DNA of 64,000 nucleotides from Macrostomum lignano (Eukaryota): NCBI GenBank assembly GCA_002269645.1, contig NIVC01001711.1, positions 124,001 to 188,000 of the forward strand, read 5' to 3'. Shown piece by piece: positions 38,473 to 47,817 of this stretch (position 1 is its first letter; each line of letters starts with the position of its first letter). The notes under the pieces were generated by a model. It saw only the letters and a program-made list of their open reading frames with translations, ran no database searches and was not told where the DNA came from. The position numbers and the translations under genes were made by a program.

Positions 38473-39252
38473 ATGGAGAACATGGAGGCGGGTATAACTG
38501 ATAACCCCTATTTCAGCAACGAGAGCGTGTGCGCCAGAATACCCCTCATTGAAAGATTGTTATCAGACACTAGGAAAAGAATCGCGGGATTGTCCACAAA
38601 GGAGCGCTTAGAATTCACGTATCTAGCCAGGCTGGCATTCGTAACAGAAGTAAACATTGAGGAGAGAGAGGTGGCGTTGACTTGGGAGGAAGCAGAAGAA
38701 GCGATAAAAACCCGGTCCTGTATGGTCACAGCCAATCTATGGAGTGCGGCAATACACCTCAATGACACGAGGGGGTTAATTGACACAGAGTTTGTTAGGC
38801 AAGTTCACACACGCGTGTGCAGAGGACTGCTCCCGAATGCGGGATCGTATAGAATTAAGCACGCCAAGCCAGCAGGCGCGAGTATGTATTACAGCGCCCC
38901 AGAAAATATCGAACGGCAGCTGGTAAAATTAACTAGAGACATAAAAGAGCCACAAATCTTGCGTAATGCAGTAGTGACAGGAGCATATTTCCTAGAAAAG
39001 TTTCTCACCATACACCCCTTTAGCGACGGCAATGGTAGAACTGCTAGGTTGTTATTATCAAAGTTGCTCAACCGGATTCTGCCAGAACCCGTATCATTTG
39101 CGTATGCAAATAGAGACACATATCTCAACTGTCTTTACGAAGCGCGCAGCAGCAACCGGGGGCTCCTAGCGGCGTATTTACTTTTATCAATTGAGAGAAC
39201 CGTTCTACAGTGGAGGGAATGGTTGGAAATCTGTTCAGACGGCAGCCTATAA
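38473..39252 (+). CDS. Fic-domain protein (putative AMP transferase)
   Basis: Canonical motif HPFSDGNGRTAR; GSYR motif upstream; N-terminal EVNIEE...LTWEE resembles the class II inhibitory helix. Confidence 0.9.
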   Translation: MENMEAGITDNPYFSNESVCARIPLIERLLSDTRKRIAGLSTKERLEFTYLARLAFVTEVNIEEREVALTWEEAEEAIKTRSCMVTANLWSAAIHLNDTRGLIDTEFVRQVHTRVCRGLLPNAGSYRIKHAKPAGASMYYSAPENIERQLVKLTRDIKEPQILRNAVVTGAYFLEKFLTIHPFSDGNGRTARLLLSKLLNRILPEPVSFAYANRDTYLNCLYEARSSNRGLLAAYLLLSIERTVLQWREWLEICSDGSL

Positions 39253-39287
39253 ATAAATAAAATTTGGTATTTCTCAACAATATCGAA

Positions 39288-39641
39288 ATGTACTGGCAAT
39301 CGGAAATAGTGTACACCCACGTTGACAACGCAGTGCTGGAAGTGGGATATTGGGACCCAAACAAGCCGCGTTTCCGCATCCACTGTCAAAACTGTAGCTG
39401 TCCAGGAGCCGTGTTTAGTCGAGCACAATGGCATCGAATGAAATTTCTGGGCACTAGCTGCACAGATTACGATCTCGGAGGCGGCGCATCTATCAAAGTT
39501 ATCGACGGGAAGCGCCTGTACGTAAAAGGAGACTGCGAATTTCACCTGTCAGACAAAATACTTTGTGCAGTTGAAAAGAATAGAGTCGACAATTTCTTCC
39601 ACTATTTCTTTCTCGACGAATCTGACGAGTCAGAGGAATGA
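39288..39641 (+). CDS. PC4-like ssDNA-binding / transcription co-activator-like protein
   Basis: FRIH...GAVFSRAQWHRMK resembles PC4 GISLNPEQWSQLK; acidic tail; TATAAATAAA 40 nt upstream. Confidence 0.45.
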   Translation: MYWQSEIVYTHVDNAVLEVGYWDPNKPRFRIHCQNCSCPGAVFSRAQWHRMKFLGTSCTDYDLGGGASIKVIDGKRLYVKGDCEFHLSDKILCAVEKNRVDNFFHYFFLDESDESEE

Positions 39642-40153
39642 GCTGGATTTCTCGAGACTACCCGCTTTTATCGAGCAAAGAAAGGGCAGAGTACGAGACC
39701 CTGAAAAAGTCCACAGACTGGTTATGCATTTGTCACGGCAAACCAATTCCCGAACGATTAGTCACCTTTAATGTCGAGGTAGACGAAATTGGGCAAGGGC
39801 CTTACAACACCCAAGAATATACAGATGCCCGAATTGACTACTACTTTAGAGACAAGATGCATTTCAAAGCAAATCTTCAAAGAATGGAGCAGATAATTGC
39901 CCCAATATTACAAGAGGATCATCGTGAGAAAATACGGTACCGGAATCACCAGCCGATTGCTCCCTCGTGGACGGAACACCAAAGGATTTGGCGACCTAAA
40001 CACAGTAGACCAGTGCTAGCGAAGTTGACTATCAACCTTCACTGCAGCTGCATTAACGACACGCCTCAAACCCCTCGACCAGAAGATCGAAACAAAAGGT
40101 TTATTTTTTCCGGATTTCCAACACCGGAAAGTGTCGTTAAAGAAGCACTATAA
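39638..40153 (+). CDS. Hypothetical protein, 171 aa
   Basis: Intact ORF with ATGA overlap to the previous stop; no family recognised. Confidence 0.65.
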   Translation: MSWISRDYPLLSSKERAEYETLKKSTDWLCICHGKPIPERLVTFNVEVDEIGQGPYNTQEYTDARIDYYFRDKMHFKANLQRMEQIIAPILQEDHREKIRYRNHQPIAPSWTEHQRIWRPKHSRPVLAKLTINLHCSCINDTPQTPRPEDRNKRFIFSGFPTPESVVKEAL

Positions 40154-40245
40154 CAAAAACGCCCAGCCACCCCACCCTCCGCCCCAAGGGTATATAAGGA
40201 GGCGCTCAGGGTGTGAGACCCACTCTCAGCAACAGCAGCAGCAAC

Positions 40246-40926
40246 ATGGATACCGTTCAAGACTACAATAGTGTTAGGATCGACCTATTCTCTCTCAAGT
40301 CGAGAGGTCCAAGCTACAACGGAACCGAGACGTACGACATTGAGTACGACGAACAGGGCCCTCTCTATCTTGCCAATGCGACGCCCGTACTGATTGTCAA
40401 GGGTGTGAGAACCGACAATGAAGGCCGCGAATTCATCATTCTTTCCCAAAAGCACTTGGAGAGCTGCATACCAGAAGCGTTTAATTCCGTGTGTCACCAG
40501 CTCTCTATCCAAGGAATGGCGCTATTGGGGTACAACCCCACTTTTGGCTGCGACAGCGCTGCATTCGGATTGGCTCACGACTTTAAAATGTACGACAAGA
40601 GCGGCAAGTTGTGCACCGACTACAAGAACAAGACGGGCTACTATAGATTACTGTTCGCCCTAGACACGGCGGTGATTCACGACTCGGTTCTAACCGCGGT
40701 ACCAAAAATTCAACAACTGCAATTCATAGAAGCTCCCAAGCAGGCGTTTGACCGCTGCTACTGGATTCCACCGTTAAAAATCAAGGTAGGACGCAAGCGC
40801 GGAGCTGGTGGAGCTGAGCGGAAACAAAAGCAACCGAAAAAACCGCTTGCAGAACGTCGTGTGCGTAAACAGGGTGTTTTGCGCAAGGTGGAACAGCCTA
40901 CCGAACTTGGACTGGGCGCGCGCTAG
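40246..40926 (+). CDS. Hypothetical protein, possibly OB-fold SSB-like, with basic tail when unspliced; probable exon 1 (40246-40785) of a fusion to the TBP-like domain
   Basis: TATATAAG at 40191; ATG in CAACATGG; beta-rich C-half (YRLLFALD...KIQQLQFIE); donor AAG|GTAGGA at 40785/6. Confidence 0.55.
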   Translation: MDTVQDYNSVRIDLFSLKSRGPSYNGTETYDIEYDEQGPLYLANATPVLIVKGVRTDNEGREFIILSQKHLESCIPEAFNSVCHQLSIQGMALLGYNPTFGCDSAAFGLAHDFKMYDKSGKLCTDYKNKTGYYRLLFALDTAVIHDSVLTAVPKIQQLQFIEAPKQAFDRCYWIPPLKIKVGRKRGAGGAERKQKQPKKPLAERRVRKQGVLRKVEQPTELGLGAR

Positions 40927-41326
40927 AACGTTTCATAGACCCCGGGCATTGTACAACCTGAGGATCGGAAAGTGTACAATAAACTTTTTCAAACGTTCAT
41001 TATCTGCCATTGTTTTTGGTTGCCAATCAACCAACGATGTGCTGCGTCTTTTTGCTCAATGTAAACCAAACTCTGTTGTTATCACTACCGGTACCTATCG
41101 TGCAGAAGTTATTGTTAAGCCAAACTTTTTCCGCCTTGCCAACTCGAGCTCGCGCTGGGTTGAGTGGGAGAGTGAGGTATTCAATGGGCTTGTAATAAAG
41201 TCCCCATTCCGCAAGGCCAAGTGTCTGCTGTGCGGAAAGAATGGTCGGTTAGTGTTCCTAGGAATACGAAACTATGACGAACTGTGTAAAATGTACGACC
41301 ACGTGACTGCTATTCTGCAACTCTAA
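40853..41326 (+). CDS. TATA-binding-protein (TBP)-fold domain
   Basis: LQNVV ~ LQNIV; FFKRSLSAIVFG ~ IFSSGKMVCTG; WESEVFNGLVIK ~ YEPELFPGLIYR; NGRLVFLGIR ~ SGKVVLTGAK; ELCKMYDHVTAIL ~ EIYEAFENIYPIL; no in-frame ATG after the stop at 40787-40789. Confidence 0.7.
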   Translation, partial: NVVCVNRVFCARWNSLPNLDWARARTFHRPRALYNLRIGKCTINFFKRSLSAIVFGCQSTNDVLRLFAQCKPNSVVITTGTYRAEVIVKPNFFRLANSSSRWVEWESEVFNGLVIKSPFRKAKCLLCGKNGRLVFLGIRNYDELCKMYDHVTAILQL

Positions 41327-41364
41327 TTATGCTTTGCTTATAAATAAACAAAATATGCACATGT

Positions 41365-41754
41365 ATGCACGCAATGCTTACCACCTTAATAATGACAAAC
41401 GGAATTTCTCGTCTTTGTTCTTGCCGTCGCGAGCTAGAGGAGCTCGGTGACGCGCGACCACATCGAAGGAGGGCCATTATTAGGGGAGCCGATAATGAGT
41501 TGATGCAGTGTCTGTGCGAGTTAAGTCACAATGTACTCAAGGGCAATATCGATCTATCCCCTAGACAGTTTGCAAGGTTGAAACGTTATAGAGAAGCCCT
41601 GCATGACATGGCCGACAAAAAACTGTCTATAAATAGGAAGAAGAATATGATACTATCGGACCCTCAAGTTGGAGGATTCCTACCAATTCTCGCCAAGATT
41701 GCTGCACCGTTAATCACTGGACTGTTTGGTGGTCTGCTAGGACAACGACGTTGA
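41365..41754 (+). CDS. Conserved Maverick small virion protein with QVGG|FLPIL amphipathic tail
   Basis: CELSHNVLKGNIDL...LKRYREALHDMA...KK...QVGGFLPILAKIAAPLI matches a recalled Maverick core-gene pattern. Confidence 0.8.
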   Translation: MHAMLTTLIMTNGISRLCSCRRELEELGDARPHRRRAIIRGADNELMQCLCELSHNVLKGNIDLSPRQFARLKRYREALHDMADKKLSINRKKNMILSDPQVGGFLPILAKIAAPLITGLFGGLLGQRR

Positions 41755-41756
41755 AA

Positions 41757-42338
41757 ATGGACAAGTACGTTGTGGTCCCCGAGGAGGAATTCAATCAGCT
41801 TAGACAGGGTACTCCGCGAGAAATTGCCCCAAAATCGGAGTACGAAAAACTTGTAGAGTACAATGCAAAGCTACAGACCCAATTGGCTAAAGTAAAACCC
41901 CAACAGACGACAAAGCAGCTATTTTCTGATAGGCAACAACGTATATGGAATATACTAACAGAAAAGCACCCCAGCCTAAATTACAACCAATCGTGGGAAG
42001 TCGTTTTTGATGGTGAAACTTGGGGTGGTAGCAACGTTTTTGATCTTCTACAAGCCGTCACCACCAACACTAATAATCACCCGAAATATTCGACCGCTTT
42101 CTGGGCTCTACTAGACAAGGCCCGTATACCAATGTCTATGCTCGGTCGGAAACAGCTCCCTGTGGAGGAAAAGAAGGTTGACCATATGGTTGGTACCGAT
42201 GATTACCGCGATGAATATGAGCACACAATTGCGACAGACACCCGCGATTTAACGACCACGCGCAACAAAGGTGTAAATGCTATGCCCAACTTGTGGATCA
42301 AGGTGCCGGGATGGGTAAATATCACGATTACCAACTAA
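41757..42338 (+). CDS. Conserved Maverick protein (PW-like)
   Basis: MDKYVVV start; YNQSWEVVFDGETWGGSNVFDLL...P...F..LL...IP pattern. Confidence 0.7.
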   Translation: MDKYVVVPEEEFNQLRQGTPREIAPKSEYEKLVEYNAKLQTQLAKVKPQQTTKQLFSDRQQRIWNILTEKHPSLNYNQSWEVVFDGETWGGSNVFDLLQAVTTNTNNHPKYSTAFWALLDKARIPMSMLGRKQLPVEEKKVDHMVGTDDYRDEYEHTIATDTRDLTTTRNKGVNAMPNLWIKVPGWVNITITN

Positions 42339-42509
42339 GACCGCCCCGGAACCGAAAATACGATACTCTTTATAAATAGAACCCTAATCCATACATAACC
42401 GCGCCCGGCGGTCATGGGCGCAGCAGCCGCGCGTCAAAGCTTTGTGTAGACAACTCCCCAGCCGACATTACGTGCAACTATTCATGCTGTGCATCCACAC
42501 TTGTTGTCA

Positions 42510-43589
42510 ATGAGGGCTCTAACCGCTCTTCGTCGAGTTTACGAACAAGGAGCCGCCGCTTTTTCAAATGCTGCCCGTGTCTATCAGGAGGCCAAACGTC
42601 TGGCGCCAAACCTGACAAGACGCCAAACCAGGGAATGGCTAGAAACCCAACCGAGTTACACCCGTCACCGGAGAGTCAACAGGACATTTAAAACGGGAAA
42701 AGTAATGTCGGGAGGATTCATGGAAACTCTACAAGCCGATTTGATGGACATGTCGCGATACAAACGTTGGAATGACGGACATAAATATATACTAGTTATT
42801 ATTGATGTGCTTAGTAAGCAGGCTTTTTGTAGGGCAATTAAACTAAAGAGTGATACCCCCGCAGCGTTTGAGTCAATGTTGGCGAATGATTTCCCTGCCC
42901 GCCCCCTTTACCTTCACGTGGATCGGGGTACCGAGTTTTATAATCAGCGAATGCGCCGCATACTAAAAGACAATAATGTTAAAATGTACAGCACCAACTC
43001 TGTGTACAAGGCAAACATGGCCGAGAGGCTGATTAGAACTCTTCGAAAGCGTCTGGCTCGCTACTTTGAGCACAACAACACGTGGCGTTGGGTTGACTAC
43101 TTACCTAATTTGGTAGGCAATTACAACAACACGACGCATTCTACTATTGAGATGAAACCGTCAAGTGTAGGGTTCCACAATCAGAAGCGTGTGTGGGAAA
43201 AGCTCTACCCGGATCAGCAAAAAGACGACCCCGTATATAAAAAGGGGGATTTTGTGAGAATTTCGAAATCTCGCAGGGCATTCGACAAGGAGGCGTACGA
43301 CATGTATAGTGAGGAGGTGTACATTATATCCAAAGTTTGTCCTGGACCCCCACATTTTTATCGTATTTCTGATTTGTCTGGTGAAGTGATTGAGGGACGG
43401 TTTTACTACAATGAACTGTCCAAATCTACCCGACCCGAGCGTTTTGTAATCAATAAAGTTTTGCGTAGAAACGTGTTAATAAATGGTGTTGCGCACCATT
43501 ACGTTAGCTGGCGCGGTTATCCCGACACTTTTAATTCATTTGTACCTGTAAATGAAGTTATAAATATACGTCAACGTAATAATAACTAA
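42510..43589 (+). CDS. Retroviral-like (rve) integrase with C-terminal chromodomain
   Basis: LQADLMDM, IDVLSK, HVDRGTEF, AERLIRTLR (DDE core); INKVL...YVSWRGYPDTFNSFVP chromodomain; ORF intact. Confidence 0.96.
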   Translation: MRALTALRRVYEQGAAAFSNAARVYQEAKRLAPNLTRRQTREWLETQPSYTRHRRVNRTFKTGKVMSGGFMETLQADLMDMSRYKRWNDGHKYILVIIDVLSKQAFCRAIKLKSDTPAAFESMLANDFPARPLYLHVDRGTEFYNQRMRRILKDNNVKMYSTNSVYKANMAERLIRTLRKRLARYFEHNNTWRWVDYLPNLVGNYNNTTHSTIEMKPSSVGFHNQKRVWEKLYPDQQKDDPVYKKGDFVRISKSRRAFDKEAYDMYSEEVYIISKVCPGPPHFYRISDLSGEVIEGRFYYNELSKSTRPERFVINKVLRRNVLINGVAHHYVSWRGYPDTFNSFVPVNEVINIRQRNNN

Positions 43590-43592
43590 TGC

Positions 43593-44728
43593 ATGGCTAC
43601 CATGCATCTCTTTCTGCCTAGCAATGCGTGCCCCGAGCACTATCCCGAAAATAATCCGGCTCATTATTTTATTAATTTACCGGATACTCTCCACTTTCCG
43701 AATCATGAGGTTTGCCTCGAACGGATCTACTTTACCAAAGAATTTGAATCTTTCAAAAAATCTATACCGATCACCATTCGCGAACAGGAGGGCCTCTTGA
43801 CGGCTTCGTCGTTTGCAAAGATTTGTCTCGCAGCGGGTCTGAAAACCCCTGAAGAATGTATTTCCGGCTTTCTAAACGGTATCCGATACGTTGAAGGGGA
43901 TAATAAGAAAATTGTCTTTTTAAGAACATCCCCAACCGCCTTTATGATTGTGAATACTTCAAAATCCACCGTCGGCATCAAATTCCCGGATACCTACCCA
44001 AGGTGTTTAAACTAGTCGCCGGCTTCGAGTCTAATGAGGATCTACCTACTGAACTCGTATTACACGCGGGGTGTGCAGCCTCCATCACCGCAGTTGTTGA
44101 GGAACCGACTGTACAGTCAATGGACCATGCTCCAATAATAAGACAAGTTACTAGCGCAGCGTCTGATCAAATCTTTTTTATGCGGGGAGGATACTATAGT
44201 ACACCTAAAAGATTGGTGGAGGAACTCAACGATATAATTTGGAAACATATCAAAGATCTCATAGCGGCTCCAGCACCTAGAACGGACTTTTTCAGATACA
44301 GCGAAGTTACGAATAGGTGTTATTACATTGGCTCGACGGATTACATGTTTGGCTGGGGCGCTTGACCAGCGTGCTTGGTTTCCCAGAGCATGATTATACA
44401 ACCCCATTTTTCGGTATATCGGAATTCTACGCAAACGCATCAATGGAATTAACCGGTGGAATACAAACAATGTACATCTATTCGAGCATAGTCGATTCTG
44501 TTATTGTAGGAGACGTTAAAGTTCCTCTGTTGGGAGCTATACCGATGGATCCCAAAGTTCAGGGCGGTCGCGAGTACTACGAGTTTGTCAATCCGGCATA
44601 TCTACCACTGGTTAAGCACCCATTCAAAACTATTGAAGTACAAATTAACGATGATATGGGCAGGGATATGACAAAAGTAATGAGGGAAGACCGTCTTGAG
44701 CGTTAACATCCGCGAAAAGAAGCTATAA
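43593..44728 (+). CDS. Minor capsid (penton) protein, read through three single-base frameshifts (~44003, ~44358, ~44685)
   Basis: LPSNAC..YPENNPAHYFINLP start; MYIYSSIVDSVIVGDVKVPLL...EFVNPAYLPL...IEVQIND; the shifted frame ends GKTVLSVNIREKKL*. Confidence 0.85.
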
Positions 44729-44771
44729 ATAAACAACACAGCCTCAGTAAACTATATCCTAGTGCTTAATC

Positions 44772-45116
44772 ATGCCTTCTATTCTGATTGGTGGAGCTTT
44801 GCCTGTTTTCGCAGGCGCCCAGAGGGGCAACGGTTTGTTTGGAAGCATTGCCCGCTTCGCGCTGCCAATTCTAAAGAGTTTTGGTAAAAACATTCTCCGT
44901 CATGGTACTAGAGCCCTAGCAACTACGGTTAACGATAGCCTCGAGCAAGGAGGCAATTTGAAAGAGTCTGTCCTGCGCAATTCTGTTCAGGCTTCCAAGG
45001 ACGCCTTTAAAGACACGGTTACCCAAAGGGATAGCGGACGAAGAAGAAAAAAGGCTCCGAAGCGTCTCAATTCAGACATTTTCAGCACTATAAATAAAAA
45101 GCCCCGCTTCAATTAG
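44772..45116 (+). CDS. Conserved Maverick basic core protein (QRGNG motif, DIF tail)
   Basis: FAGAQRGNGLFGSIARFALP...RRRKK...DIF. Confidence 0.8.
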   Translation: MPSILIGGALPVFAGAQRGNGLFGSIARFALPILKSFGKNILRHGTRALATTVNDSLEQGGNLKESVLRNSVQASKDAFKDTVTQRDSGRRRKKAPKRLNSDIFSTINKKPRFN

Positions 45117-45145
45117 ATTCGCCGAATCGAGTCTGTCTACTAAAC

Positions 45146-46428
45146 ATGTCCGAGTGTCTGTGTACAAAGTCCGAGTTTGAGCTCTTTGCCCCTCGAGCCC
45201 ACCAGATTGCCGCTGTAGGTTCAACTACTGAAGAAATCCACCCGGTTGCCAGCGTCGAAAATGCGAGTGTGGTCGAGTTTAGAATTGTGGGCGGCGAGAC
45301 GTTTGTCGATCTTAATGACATTGATCTCGAGATTAAAGGTTGTATTAAGAGAGCTAATGGAGCCGATTTGGCGGCGGATTCAAACGTGGCGCCAATCAAT
45401 TACCTCTTGGAGACCATGTTCAAAAACGTGTCTCTTTCCATAAATGGTACACATATCGAGTCTAGCAACAACAACCACGCCTACAAGGCGTACATTCGTA
45501 CATGCTTGAGTTATGGGTCTGATTCAAAGTCTAACCAACTGCGGATGATGGGCTACGCTAAAGACGCTGGGGGTCAAATGGCTGCGGTTGGAAATCCTGG
45601 CTTTGTAACTCGCAAGGCGATGGCTGCCGGTTCTCGAACATTTCATCTGTATGGCCCTCTTAGTCTCGACTTTTTTGTCACCAACGATCGTATGCTGCTA
45701 CCCTACACTGATATGGTGGTTACGCTCACTCTGCAAAATTCTGGATTCGTTGTGGAGAATCACGCCGAAGGGGTTGATGCAAAGTTGGTTCTTCAAAGTG
45801 CAAAATTACACGTTCGTCGGGTAAAGGCTAACCCCCAACTGGCCTTGGAGATTGAAGAACAGCTGTCAACTCAGAATGCAGTCTACCCCATCGAGCGCCT
45901 CGTTGTACACAACACCTCTGTCGCTGTAGGAGTTCGCGACGTGTCAATCAATAATATTTTCCCGGAGCAGAAGCCCAAACTTGTCATTATGGGGATGGTA
46001 AATAGTGCCGCATATAACGGGGTGGCCACCCATAATCCGTTCAATTTCGAGCCATTTGGGGCGGACAGTGTGGCCCTGTACAAGGACGGGTCAGCCTGTG
46101 CGGTCAACCATTCACTCCAAGGTTCGCTGCCCAAAACTATGCTCGCGAATACGCCATGCTGTTTAAGAGCCTAGGGAAAATGAATCGTGATTTGGACATT
46201 GACCTGTCATATTCGGATTATCGCGCTGGTTACTGTTTATTTGCGTGGAATCTAATGCCCGACATGGAACTGGGTGGACATAGCATGCCTCGCGAGAGAG
46301 GGAATCTTACCCTACAGATAAAGTTTTCTGCAGCCCTACCTGCCGGGATTAACGCTTTGGTGTTTGGTTACTTTGACAACGCGGTGCAAATCACTAGAGG
46401 CCGCCAGCCCATTCTGGACTACGTATGA
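45146..46428 (+). CDS. Major capsid protein (double jelly-roll) with one frameshift at ~46088
   Basis: CTKSEFELF, EFRI..DLNDI, HAYKAYI..LSY; adding one G to GACGGG gives LYKDGVSLCGQPFTPRF...YAMLFKSLG...GYCLFAWNL. Confidence 0.92.
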
Positions 46429-46862
46429 ACACGTTGGAAATTTTGGAACGTTTAAAACTACCTGTGGAAGTGCGCGTTTGCCCTCTTGACAGAATTCCTG
46501 CACCTGTTTACCCTGCTGCATATGTAATTAATTTTGACACGGGTAATCTGCCGGGCACCCACTGGGGACTGATTTGCCTACACGATGATAAGAGTGTGAC
46601 ATTTTTTGACCCCCTGTGTATTGAACCCGTGCCGGAATTGCTCTCGGCTTGGATCTCGAAGCATGTACATTCACCTGTTGCTATGAATCGCCACCCTGTT
46701 CAACACCCTCTAAGTGTAGCGTGTGGGCCGCATGTGATTTTTGTGGCCGAAAAGCACTTTTTAGAGGGGTTGTCGATTGAAAAGATTTTAAGGGAATGTT
46801 ACTCTACCAATCTGCTTGAAAATTATTTGATGGTTCGAAAACATGTTCTACGAATAAAATAG
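46425..46862 (+). CDS. Adenain-like cysteine (maturation) protease
   Basis: INFD...GTHW, FFDP, Q...SVACG catalytic motifs. Confidence 0.92.
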   Translation: MNTLEILERLKLPVEVRVCPLDRIPAPVYPAAYVINFDTGNLPGTHWGLICLHDDKSVTFFDPLCIEPVPELLSAWISKHVHSPVAMNRHPVQHPLSVACGPHVIFVAEKHFLEGLSIEKILRECYSTNLLENYLMVRKHVLRIK

Positions 46863-46896
46863 TTTTTAATATTTGGAGTGTCAACTCGCCCTGAAA

Positions 46897-47526
46897 ATGT
46901 ACCAAACAATTGATCCTGACGCTCTACAGTTTGCTCCAAATACTTCGGCGATTTTTGCTGGTGTTAACCAGAGCGGAAAAACAACTCTTGTTAAAGAATT
47001 GCTGCGAAACGAGTTTTTTCAGGACCCTAAGCCTGTTCGCATTGATTGGTTTGGGCACTATCCAGACCCGGAACTGTTTGAATTACCGTACCCTGTCAAT
47101 TTTCGCTCGTCTACATTTAACCCTGAAACCTATGTTCCCGCTCCGAATATTCTACTCGTTGTCGATGATCAAATGCACGCCATGGAAAAAAACGCTGCTT
47201 TTACCGCATTTTTCACTCGCAAAGTCAGCCATGTGGGATTCCGGCTTTGGTACCTTGTACAAAACCTGTTTGCCAAGGGCAAGGAGCACCGCACTCAATC
47301 CCTTAACGCAAACTACCTTGTATTGTTCCGCAATGTACGGGACGTTAGTACAGTCGCCCATATTGCAAAGCAGCTTGTCCCCGCTAACCCAAAAAGTTTT
47401 GTTCAAATGTACGAAGACGCCACTAGGGAGCCCTACTCCTACCTGATTGTTAATTGCTTGCAGAACGCATCTGTTCGCTACTATGCTAATGTGTTGGGGC
47501 GCTACCCCGTAGTTTATGCTAAATAA
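46897..47526 (+). CDS. A32/FtsK-like packaging ATPase
   Basis: Walker A GVNQSGKT, Walker B LLVVDD, SH...YLVQNLF...RTQSLNANYLVLF. Confidence 0.93.
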   Translation: MYQTIDPDALQFAPNTSAIFAGVNQSGKTTLVKELLRNEFFQDPKPVRIDWFGHYPDPELFELPYPVNFRSSTFNPETYVPAPNILLVVDDQMHAMEKNAAFTAFFTRKVSHVGFRLWYLVQNLFAKGKEHRTQSLNANYLVLFRNVRDVSTVAHIAKQLVPANPKSFVQMYEDATREPYSYLIVNCLQNASVRYYANVLGRYPVVYAK

Positions 47527-47817
47527 AACACTGTTGGAGAGCTTTGCTCTGTTTGCCGGATGGCCTGAACCTGAAACAACTGAATTACGTGTTTTTTCTT
47601 TTCAATTCCTCTGCAGCCTGGGGGCTCTCTATCACTCACCGCCGGTCTGTCCCTCTACCACCCCGGCCTGGGGAAGCTCTCTGTCCCTCCGTGTGACTCA
47701 GGCGGCGCAGGGTGCCTCCACGCACTCTCTGTCCCAGCACCCCGTGTCTCTCTGTACCCCGCCTCATACTGCTACAGGGGGCCGCCTGTTATCTGTCCCC
47801 TGCTACAGGGGGGATGG

